Source: Thraustochytrium aureum (lineage: Eukaryota). From it: a stretch of DNA of 20,000 bases. Below are positions 9,819 through 17,603 of the stretch, piece by piece (within the stretch, counting starts at the first letter, position 1; every line of letters starts with the position of its first letter). The stretch spans positions 80,090-100,089 of the forward strand of contig BLSG01000449.1 in the NCBI GenBank assembly GCA_012862495.1, in the 5' to 3' direction. The translations under genes and the position numbers were made by a program. Under the pieces are notes generated by a model. It ran no database searches. It saw only the letters and a list, made by a program, of their open reading frames with translations, and was not told the DNA's origin.

Positions 9819-9936
9819 NNNNNNNNNNNNNNNNNNNNNNNNNNNNNNNNNNNNNNNNNNNNNNNNNNNNNNNNNNNNNNNNNNNNNNNNNNNNNNNNNN
9901 NNNNNNNNNNNNNNNNNNNNNNNNNNNNNNNNNNNN
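9819..9936. other. N-run (assembly gap or hard mask), 118 nt
   Basis: Run of n. Confidence 0.99.
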
Positions 9937-10477
9937 TTTGCTGCTGCGCGCGCGGGCCCGCTCCCCGCGTGTCTCTGGCGTCTGGCGGAGGAGCGAAAAT
10001 GGCGCAGTTTTGGATTTGGATGTGGTCCCGCCAGCGGGTCTAACCAAATCCTCCAGATCCTCCAAACCCACTTCCTCCGCACTGGTCCGCCAGGCGCACC
10101 AAAGCCGGCGCGTCTGGTCGCGCTCCGTCGCAGCTGCCGCGCAAAAGGGCGCTCTCGCGAGAGTGGGCTCCTGGGCGCGAAGGCGTTCTGGGCTAGCAGA
10201 GTCGCTTGAGACTCGTTTCAACGGTAAACGTGAACGGTCGGCCCAGGCGTTTTGCGAGGAGGTCGAGACCTGTCCGAATCAACAAGGATGCCACGCGTTG
10301 CGTTGCGTTGCTCTCTGCTGCCGTCGCGAGACGGGGGCTCCCGCCGCCCGCATGGTCGTCGTTGTAGTCATGTAGGGCCTGCGGTTGACTGCTGTGAGCA
10401 GCATCGCGCGACGTCTGTGCGAGCCTAATACGCGCGCCACGGGCGCGCGCGCCGCGCAGCGCCCCTCGCTACATTCG

Positions 10478-10495
10478 TGTTGTTGTTGTTGTTTT
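10478..10495 (+). repeat. Short (GTT)n microsatellite
   Basis: gttgttgttgttgtttt. Confidence 0.7.
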
Positions 10496-10919
10496 CGTGC
10501 GGCCTCTGCAGAGCCTTCCAACCGCGAGAGCGGGGGAAAGCCGCTGAGCGACCGAGTTGCTGGCAAGTGGAAAATGGTCTTGTCTTCCAAGATCAAAGGG
10601 CCATTATCCGTCAGGCGCTTCGCCATCTTCAGACTTTGGCTTGTCAGTCTGGTTCCTATGCGACTGGTCTGGGGGCTCTTCAACACGCGGCCTCCGTCGC
10701 GCGTAGAGAAGCCCCGTCACTGGCCGCAGACGGAGGCAACCAAGAAAAAAAATCAAAGGAAATGCAGCCCAGGACGGCCTTGTTTACAACGTGCACGCAG
10801 AGTTCTGGGTTCGCCTGGAGCAGCAACGCAAGGGCCTTGGAGCAGTCGAGTTCTACGGTGAATACAACCATGCACACAAAACCACGGCGAGCGCAATCTG
10901 AAAGCTCTCCCGGTGCAAG

Positions 10920-11423
10920 CTACCACCGGGCGTGGTAGTATCGCTGCATCGCGCAGGCGTTGCATGACATGAAATCTTCGTCAACTTGGCAGTTCTGCGC
11001 GCCGCAAGTGAGGCACGTGGCGACAGCGTCTCGTTGAGAGCATGCTTCGTGCAAATCACACGGCATGCACTGCGCGCAAAACTCGCAGTCAGAGCACACC
11101 ACCGTAAAGCCGCACCCCGCCGCGCAAACGCTTCGCTCCTCGTATTGTTGAAGCGAGCGCCGGCACGAGCTGCAATGGCCCACAGACGGCTTCCTGGACC
11201 TCGTGTCGGCCTCCAGCCGCCTGTCTTCATAGGCCGTCATGGCATCCCGAGCAAGGTCGAGCTCTGCTTGCACGCGATCGCGTCTCTCGTTGATCCGCTC
11301 CCACTCTAATTGCACGCGGCGGTACTCTGCTGCGGCGCGGTTGAACTCCTCGTAGACTCGCACACCCGTGGGCACAGTCGTGCTCTTCCGGCTCCTGCCC
11401 CGCGAGCGAGCCCTCGAGTGCAT
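10920..11423 (-). CDS. Hypothetical protein: coiled coil plus Cys-rich putative zinc-binding C-terminus (167 aa from ATG 11423; alternative ATG 11561)
   Basis: Heptad-like segment YEEFNRAAAEYRRVQLEWERINERRDRVQAELDLARDAMTAYE, then CSSC, CAAGC, CSDC, CAQC, CDLH, CLTC, CNAC. Stop TAG at 10920-10922. Start uncertain. Confidence 0.7.
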   Translation of the reverse strand: MHSRARSRGRSRKSTTVPTGVRVYEEFNRAAAEYRRVQLEWERINERRDRVQAELDLARDAMTAYEDRRLEADTRSRKPSVGHCSSCRRSLQQYEERSVCAAGCGFTVVCSDCEFCAQCMPCDLHEACSQRDAVATCLTCGAQNCQVDEDFMSCNACAMQRYYHARW

Positions 11424-11459
11424 CCTCGCTCGTTCCACGTCGTCCTTGTGGGCCGCCGG

Positions 11460-11537
11460 CACAGCTGGTGATGGTCGATGGGGTCTGATGGACACAGCTG
11501 GTGATGGTTGATGGGGGTCTGTCTGATGGCCACAGCC
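11460..11537. repeat. Imperfect tandem repeat (about 33-38 nt, 2 copies plus a partial)
   Basis: cacagctggtgatggtcgatggggtctgatgga / cacagctggtgatggttgatgggggtctgtctgatggc / cacagc. Confidence 0.85.
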
Positions 11538-11712
11538 TGTTCGCGCCTTGCTGCCTGCCATCACGGGGCGTGCGTGCCTCTGCGACACGCGTGCTGGCGT
11601 CGGACACGGGTAGGTCTCAGGGCGTGCAGGCCAAGGACAGCTCGTGGCCTGCGTCCAATGAGGTCCAATGTGAGCGTTGAGGTCACGGTGGTCACGGTGA
11701 CGTGATGTTCTC

Positions 11713-11891
11713 NNNNNNNNNNNNNNNNNNNNNNNNNNNNNNNNNNNNNNNNNNNNNNNNNNNNNNNNNNNNNNNNNNNNNNNNNNNNNNNNNNNNNNNN
11801 NNNNNNNNNNNNNNNNNNNNNNNNNNNNNNNNNNNNNNNNNNNNNNNNNNNNNNNNNNNNNNNNNNNNNNNNNNNNNNNNNNNNNNNNNNN
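11713..11891. other. N-run (assembly gap or hard mask), 179 nt
   Basis: Run of n. Confidence 0.99.
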
Positions 11892-11900
11892 TCAAGGATG

Positions 11901-12848
11901 TCAATTCTCCGTTTTTCGTGTCAGCGCATCGCACACCTCGGCAATGCACGCTTCACAGCGGGCCTCGTCGTGCGGGCCGCGCGACTCCGAGTCGGCGGCC
12001 TGCCCCGGCTGTCCACCTTGCCAGAGAAAGAGCGCGAAGCTAAACTCATCGCAGCGCTTGCATCCTTGCCTGAACTCTCGGTAGCTGTGCGCGCTAGTCC
12101 AAGTCTTGAGGCAGTGCTCGCATTCGAAGAACCCAAACGACTTCCTGCCAGTGAAGTCGCACCGCGGCACCCACTTGCCTTCAGCTTCAGGAAAGGGGGG
12201 GTCGAGGGTCGTGGGGTCAATCTTGCGTCTCGAATGGGCGTCGCGCTCGTGCTGCTGCTTGGCTTGTTCGCTCGCGAAAGATCGATTGCACTTGCTGCAC
12301 GAGAATCTAGTGGGGCTTTCGTCACCGTGAGCGTCGCGCTCGTGCTGCCGCTTGGCTTTTTCGCTCGCGAACGATCGATTGCAGGTCCCGCATGAACAGA
12401 AAGTGTCGTTCTCGTCACCGTGAGCGTCGCGCTCGTGCTGCCGCTTGGCTTTTTCGCTCGCGAACGATCGACTGCAGGTCCCGCACGGGAAATTGACGTT
12501 TTCGTCACGGTGAGCATCGCGCACGTGCTGTTGCTTGGCCGTTTCACTCGCGAACGATCGACTGGAGGTCCCGCATGAACAGAAAATGTCGTTTTCGTCA
12601 CGGTGAGCATCGCGCACGTGCTGTTGCTTGGCCTTTTCACTCGCGAAAGTTCGACTGCAGGTCCCGCACGAGAAAATGACGTTTCCGTCACGGTGAGCAT
12701 CGCGCTCGTGCTGCCGCTTGGCTTTTTCGCTCGCGAACGATCGACTGCAGGTCCCGCACGGGAAAACGCTCTCCTTTCGCCCCGCGTTGAGCGTTAACGA
12801 TCCAAGCGCCTCGGCGAGGGCCATACCCGCATTGTTGCTTGGAGCCAT
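11901..12848 (-). CDS. Zinc-finger protein: six tandem C2H2 fingers plus C-terminal 3CxxC domain (ZCCHC24/ZAR1/RTP-type), 315 aa
   Basis: Six CGTCSRSFASEKAKRQHERDAH-like units. The C-terminus KSFGFFECEHCLKTWTSAHSYREFRQGCKRC...GPHDEARCEAC fits the FGxFxCxxCxxxWxS...QxCxxC...HxxxxCxxC signature of zf-3CxxC domains. Confidence 0.9.
   Translation of the reverse strand: MAPSNNAGMALAEALGSLTLNAGRKESVFPCGTCSRSFASEKAKRQHERDAHRDGNVIFSCGTCSRTFASEKAKQQHVRDAHRDENDIFCSCGTSSRSFASETAKQQHVRDAHRDENVNFPCGTCSRSFASEKAKRQHERDAHGDENDTFCSCGTCNRSFASEKAKRQHERDAHGDESPTRFSCSKCNRSFASEQAKQQHERDAHSRRKIDPTTLDPPFPEAEGKWVPRCDFTGRKSFGFFECEHCLKTWTSAHSYREFRQGCKRCDEFSFALFLWQGGQPGQAADSESRGPHDEARCEACIAEVCDALTRKTEN
12234..12770 (-). 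repeat. Coding tandem repeat, 90/93-nt units x6 (C2H2 array)
   Basis: Near-identical DNA units, e.g. gtcacggtgagcatcgcgc(a/t)cgtgctg(c/t)...cttggc...tcgcgaacgatcgactgcaggtcccgca. Confidence 0.95.
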
Positions 12849-13375
12849 CGAGTGGAGGTTGGTCCGCCAATCTCTCTGTCCGCGATTTCTTGCACAAATC
12901 TATTCGACGACGTTGGGGGTTTGCCGACTGCTTCGCTGACCGCCAAGCCCTCTTTGCATGTTGCTGAAGCAGCAGCAAGCTCAGCCCGCGCCTCCCCGCA
13001 GTGCAACTAGCAGGAATACATGCCTCGGCACGTCGTCCCCGCAACTCCTGACAAAAGCAATCGCGCGAGCTGGAAGCGGCGAATGAGGAGCGGGATGGGG
13101 CAAGCAGGCCTTCCACGCACTCTGAGATGGGCGAGATGGGCGCTGCGAACAGCGCCTGGAGGGAGTAAAGGGATTCGTCTTTGAGCGCAAAATTGCTTGT
13201 GTCCTGGCGGTCAAAACCTCGCCCTCAAGCTCTCCGCAGCCTTGGCGGCCGAGCTGTTCGTCGAGCTCGGCCGTCTTCCGGGCCCCTTGCCTTTTGTGCC
13301 CGAGACGCAGCGTGGGCAGCGCGAGACGAGCCCATGGTGTCCGAGGATGGCGGCCCCCTTTTCGCCGCGGCCACG

Positions 13376-13597
13376 NNNNNNNNNNNNNNNNNNNNNNNNN
13401 NNNNNNNNNNNNNNNNNNNNNNNNNNNNNNNNNNNNNNNNNNNNNNNNNNNNNNNNNNNNNNNNNNNNNNNNNNNNNNNNNNNNNNNNNNNNNNNNNNNN
13501 NNNNNNNNNNNNNNNNNNNNNNNNNNNNNNNNNNNNNNNNNNNNNNNNNNNNNNNNNNNNNNNNNNNNNNNNNNNNNNNNNNNNNNNNNNNNNNNNN
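13376..13597. other. N-run (assembly gap or hard mask), 222 nt
   Basis: Run of n. Confidence 0.99.
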
Positions 13598-13711
13598 AGC
13601 GCGCTTCTGGCGCTGCAGCGGCCGAGTCGACTGCAGCGGGCCAAGTAGGTTGGGCACGGGCCTGCGCAGCCACGGGCCGCTTCGTTTGCTGGAGCCGCGC
13701 CTTCGTGTCGC

Positions 13712-13947
13712 GCCGTCTTGGTGGCCGGCCATCTTGGCGACCGGCCATCATCGTCTTGGCGACGGCAGCTCCCCGGCCAACCTCGGCGCAATCTTGGCGA
13801 CGGCCATCTTGACGCCATCTTGGCGGCCGTCTCGGCGCGAACGTGGACGGCCATCTTTGCTCCGTCATCTTGCAGGCCGGCCGGCTCGGCGCGAACGGTG
13901 CGCGGCCTGCTTGGCGCGAACGGTGCGCGGCCTGCTTGGCGCGAACG
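13712..13947. promoter_or_regulatory. Motif cluster in the divergent intergenic region (GCCATCTT x4 plus variants; GGCGCGAAC x4)
   Basis: GCCATCTT at 13728, 13803, 13814, 13850; GGCGCGAAC at 13834, 13888, 13913, 13938. Lies 60-300 nt upstream of ATG 14010. The regulatory role is inferred. Confidence 0.45.
13888..13947. repeat. Perfect 25-nt tandem repeat, 2.4 copies
   Basis: ggcgcgaacggtgcgcggcctgctt x2 plus ggcgcgaacg. Confidence 0.95.
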
Positions 13948-14009
13948 TGGCTCTCAGTAGCTAGGTAAGCTAGTCGCTGCGCCGCGGACGGCGGCTGTCG
14001 AGCTCGGGG

Positions 14010-15623
14010 ATGGCGCAGTCGCTGAAGAGCAGGCGGCGCAAGGAGGGCCGGGGCGGCGGGGAGGATTTGTACAAGACTGTCAAAGTGGTGTCCATCCTGT
14101 TCTTCCTCCTCTTCGTGCTGTACATGCTCTCGTTCAGCATGAACAGCCGCAGGTCGCCTGTCGAAGCGCAAGAGTACGACGGGGAGGATCTCTCTGTGAC
14201 GATGGCGCTCCTTGGGAACGGAGAACGTGGCCCGAGCGGGGAAAGGCAGTTCAGAGACGCGGACGACGCGGCCGAGGGCACCGACCTGGAGGCCTTAAAC
14301 CAGGCTGGCAACCTGGACGCCATTTTGAAGGACGGCGGCGTGGGCCTTGGCGACCTTGAAACGAACGGCGAGGAGCTTGAGAGGTACCTGTCGACGATCC
14401 CCTTCTCAAACAACGACGTTCCTGGCGTGCGCGGCGTTCATTTGGTGTTTGGCAACTTGAGCAACGCATACCGGTCGGCACGCCGAGACGCGGTTCGCAA
14501 GCGGTTGGACTTGCCTCGAGTTTTCCCGCAAGACTTTCGCAAGTGGCGAGAGTCGCTCAAGAGCCGGCGCAAGGTATGTGTCTTTACGCGGACGCCAAGG
14601 CAGGACTCGTTGTTCCGCACGAACGCCTTGTCCGTGTTTGGCACCGGGTCGTACAATTATGTTATCATGCGTTCCACGCAGTGCCAGCACGACGGCACGT
14701 GCACTTCGGCGGCGATGGCACGCAAGCACCCTCAGTGCAACCCGGCGATAATGCCAACCATTCATCTCCTTGAACGCGTCAAAAACTTTCAGCACGACCG
14801 CCACGAGCAGGTGCTGTCGAACGGTATGCAGTTTTACGATGTACTTGTGGCCACGGGCGACGAGTACTGCCGCGCAACGAATACCTTTGACCGCGCTCAC
14901 TTTCGCATGTACCACGGGCCGCACGTTGTGAATGCGTCGCTGCGCACGCCAATCTACCTTCCACTTGGGCCGCGCGAGGAGTTTTTGCGCGTCAAGCCTT
15001 CCGAGGTGCGCCTCGTTGCCGAGCGCAAGTACGTGTTCAACTTCCTGGGGAGCCTGACCTCGGACGCGCGCAAGGAGCTTATCCAGGTGGTTCGGAAGCT
15101 GCACGGCGTGCGGAGCTTTGTCCACGTCATAGCCAAGTGGGCCAAAAAACTGACCCCGAACAACGGGTACGTGCCGCCTGCACAGTATCGGCTGGCCATC
15201 CTGAATAGCGTTTTCACGCTCTGCCCTCAGGGACACAACCCCGAGGCTTATCGTATTTTCGAGGCATGCGAAGCAGGCTCAATCCCAATCGTCGTGATGG
15301 ACAAGCACTACAGGACGCACGAATGCGAGGGCGCGTTCGCTGCGCTTATTGCGCAAGGCGCGCCGTTCGTGTTTCTCAACAGCTGGTACGAGCTGCCCGA
15401 GTTCCTGAAGCGTATTTCGCAGGACACTCGGCGCCTTCAACAGATGCAGGTCGACGTAATGGAGTGGTACAGCAAGTTTATGCAGAAAGCTGCGATGCAG
15501 TTTGAGACGGTCATGCAGCTCCGTTTTGAGGACCGCTCCGATCGGGGCGAGTTTACGTCGACCAGGAGCCTCGCAAACGTCGAGTCCTACCTGGACGACC
15601 CCAAATATGTGCACCCACTTTAA
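14010..15623 (+). CDS. Type II membrane glycosyltransferase, exostosin/GT47-like, RXYLT1 (TMEM5)-like, 537 aa
   Basis: Basic N-tail, TM helix VVSILFFLLFVLYMLSFSM, acidic stem, then GDEYC, PLGP, RKYVFNFLGS, FTLCPQGHNPEAYRIFEACEAGSIPIV, GAPFVFLNSWYELP and EWYSKF. These match my recollection of the TMEM5/RXYLT1 C-terminus (LCPxGxNxExYRIYEACxxGSIPVV...GAPFIFIxxWxELP...QWY). Confidence 0.88.
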   Translation: MAQSLKSRRRKEGRGGGEDLYKTVKVVSILFFLLFVLYMLSFSMNSRRSPVEAQEYDGEDLSVTMALLGNGERGPSGERQFRDADDAAEGTDLEALNQAGNLDAILKDGGVGLGDLETNGEELERYLSTIPFSNNDVPGVRGVHLVFGNLSNAYRSARRDAVRKRLDLPRVFPQDFRKWRESLKSRRKVCVFTRTPRQDSLFRTNALSVFGTGSYNYVIMRSTQCQHDGTCTSAAMARKHPQCNPAIMPTIHLLERVKNFQHDRHEQVLSNGMQFYDVLVATGDEYCRATNTFDRAHFRMYHGPHVVNASLRTPIYLPLGPREEFLRVKPSEVRLVAERKYVFNFLGSLTSDARKELIQVVRKLHGVRSFVHVIAKWAKKLTPNNGYVPPAQYRLAILNSVFTLCPQGHNPEAYRIFEACEAGSIPIVVMDKHYRTHECEGAFAALIAQGAPFVFLNSWYELPEFLKRISQDTRRLQQMQVDVMEWYSKFMQKAAMQFETVMQLRFEDRSDRGEFTSTRSLANVESYLDDPKYVHPL

Positions 15624-15830
15624 AAGGCCCCAGGCTCGGGAGCCCGAGATCGAGTGATAGTCCATTCCCGCGTGACGACATTTGTGCGAGCCGGGCCACT
15701 GTGGGTGCGCCAACGCCAAATCACCAAATCGACAAATCGCCAAACGGAAGGCTTTGAGTGATCTTGAAAAGTGACGAGAACTAGAACCGATGTTACACCC
15801 CCCCCCCTGCGTCGTTGAGAACGGATGCCG

Positions 15831-17072
15831 TCAGTGTGCCGTTGGCACCCAGACGGCGGCTTGGCCAAGCCATTCCGAGCTATGAAGCACGGCCGCCGTT
15901 TCGTTGGCCAAAAGCCCCACGTCGGCCTGGGTACCACCGCCTTCCAAAGCGAGGCAGGGATCCTCGCCTTCCTTCTCGCTCAAGGAGAAAGTCATTGTGA
16001 CGCGCTGTCCGGACGGGGAGGCGAATGAGGAGCACTGCAGCTTTGACAAGCCAGGCTTGTTGCTGTCCCCTGTGGCATCGGGGATAATGCGAAGCCCCAG
16101 CGGGCGGTTGAGGTGGGCAGCACCAGGACAAGGCATCGGAGCCGTGTAAGGGCTTGCAAACCGNNNNNNNNNNNNNNNNNNNNNNNNNNNNNNNNNNNNN
16201 NNNNNNNNNNNNNNNNNNNNNNNNNNNNNNNNNNNNNNNNNNNNNNNNNNNNNNNNNNNNNNNNNNNNNNNNNNNNNNNNNNNNNNNNNNNNNGTTTGGA
16301 GCGTCCTGAGCTCGCCACGAGCCGCCAAAGTGTAAAAACGGTCCGCAAGTGCTTGCAGCGTCCGCCCGTGGCCACTGGCGAGACCACCAAGGCGCACCTG
16401 CGGCCGCACGAGTGGGAGCGCGAGCTCGCTGTCAAGCGCGCGCGGCCCAGCAACGTCGCAAGCGGCCCACACGCGACCTGCCCGGTCGGCACAGACGGAG
16501 AGCGCAACCAGGTCCTCGGCGCCAGTCGATGCGCTCTGCAGCAGCTTGCCGGATGCGCTGTCCAGCAGCAGGAACTCGCCGTTGACACCAGCCACAACAA
16601 GTGCGTCTGTTCCAGGTACCATCGTCAACGCGCACGGGCGGACCTTGCCAAGGAGGAAGAGGCGTTCATACTTGAGCTCTCCGCGCTTGTTTAGCCGGAA
16701 GCCAAAGACTGCAGACTGGTCCTGGCGGACTGCAAACACGCGGCCCTGCCGGCCGATCGAAACGTCTCCCAAAAGCGGGCCGGGTCCTGGATCCGCTCCG
16801 TGCGCTCGCCGCTTGCGTGCACAGCACGGTATGACCGCCTCGGCCACGACGCGCCCGTCTACGGCGCTCCGCACCTCGACTGCGTGGCCCTGCCGCGCCA
16901 AAACTAGCAACACGGGCGCAAACCGGCCAGCTCGGACCAGCCTGCCATACGACGCGCTCCACTCCTTGCACACGAGCCGAGCGCATGCGCAAGCTTGGCC
17001 GCTCCACAAGAATTCGAGGACTCTGTCCACCACTTCGGCGGGCAGTTGGGTCGCCGTCGCATTGACTGCCAT
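15831..17072 (-). CDS. F-box protein with probable beta-propeller (NHL/WD-like) C-terminus; spans an N-run
   Basis: From ATG 17072, MAVNATATQLPAEVVDRVLEFLWSGQACACARLVCKEW fits the F-box consensus LPxE...L.FL...VCKxW. Beta-rich blades follow (DVSIGRQGRVFAV, PCALTMVPGTDALVVA, LSVCADRAGRVWAA) and, after the gap, LNRPLGLRI. The 3' part and the stop at 15831 depend on frame across the gap. The ORF stays open upstream to 17276. Confidence 0.72.
   Translation of the reverse strand: MAVNATATQLPAEVVDRVLEFLWSGQACACARLVCKEWSASYGRLVRAGRFAPVLLVLARQGHAVEVRSAVDGRVVAEAVIPCCARKRRAHGADPGPGPLLGDVSIGRQGRVFAVRQDQSAVFGFRLNKRGELKYERLFLLGKVRPCALTMVPGTDALVVAGVNGEFLLLDSASGKLLQSASTGAEDLVALSVCADRAGRVWAACDVAGPRALDSELALPLVRPQVRLGGLASGHGRTLQALADRFYTLAARGELRTLQXXXXXXXXXXXXXXXXXXXXXXXXXXXXXXXXXXXXXXXXXXXXRFASPYTAPMPCPGAAHLNRPLGLRIIPDATGDSNKPGLSKLQCSSFASPSGQRVTMTFSLSEKEGEDPCLALEGGGTQADVGLLANETAAVLHSSEWLGQAAVWVPTAH
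16164..16293. other. N-run (assembly gap or hard mask), 130 nt, inside the F-box CDS
   Basis: Run of n. Confidence 0.99.
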
Positions 17073-17603
17073 TCCAGCTCGCACTGATCTTGGTCCTGAA
17101 CTTGTGCAAATCATGCGCAGGGCGTCGGGTGCAAGCCGCGCCAATTCGACACTGCACGGGTCCGCTCGCGGCGTGTAGTTGGTGCTCGACCACGCTCTCT
17201 TGACGCGTCGTAACGGATTTGTTCCAATTGTGCGCGAGATCGCTGACTCAATGTCAGCCTCATGATGCGACCTCAATCGCTCAATCGCTCATCGACTGAG
17301 CAGAGTAGAGTATCCAGGTACCGTCTGGCTCGGCGTCTGCATTGTGACTGGCCCGCGTTGCGTGCTGCGCCGCTAGAGAGTGATCTTGCTGCAAGGCGAG
17401 CGCAAGGAAGGAACGAAGTTTGTCGTCATGTTGGCCTTCCAAGAACTCGTCGAGCAACAACAGACGCCCGGCGGTCGCCTATCCCATCCTATCCCATCCC
17501 GTCCAATCACCAGGTTTTTTTTTTCAATTGAAGGCAGCCGGTAGACGGAGATTTGTTTTGTTTCTGTGCGGTACCGAGGCGTGGAGCGCATGGAACGCTT
17601 TGA

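Noticed and set aside
9377..10375. ORFs crossing the first N-run
   Set aside because: Open only because of the Ns, overlap the giant gene's start, and show no protein-like features.
10279..10938. ORFs 10279-10686 (-), 10385-10861 (+), 10477-10938 (+)
   Set aside because: Mutually overlapping, include a microsatellite-derived poly-Q/C/L run, and have no recognisable domain; probably intergenic or UTR.
12234..12770. Regular DNA repeats as a possible CRISPR array
   Set aside because: Contiguous 90/93-nt in-frame units encoding C2H2 fingers, with no unique spacers or cas genes.
12981..14171. Long ORFs spanning the third N-run
   Set aside because: Inflated by Ns and GC-rich repeats; low-complexity translations in all frames.
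17073..17276. N-terminal extension of the F-box ORF given by the track
   Set aside because: The track start is non-ATG; ATG 17072 places the F-box at the N-terminus as is usual. An in-frame ATG 14 codons upstream is not excluded.
17478..17524. cctatcccatcctatcccatccc and a T10 run as terminator or telomeric repeat
   Set aside because: Only two short units and no hairpin; simple low-complexity 3' flank of the monooxygenase gene.
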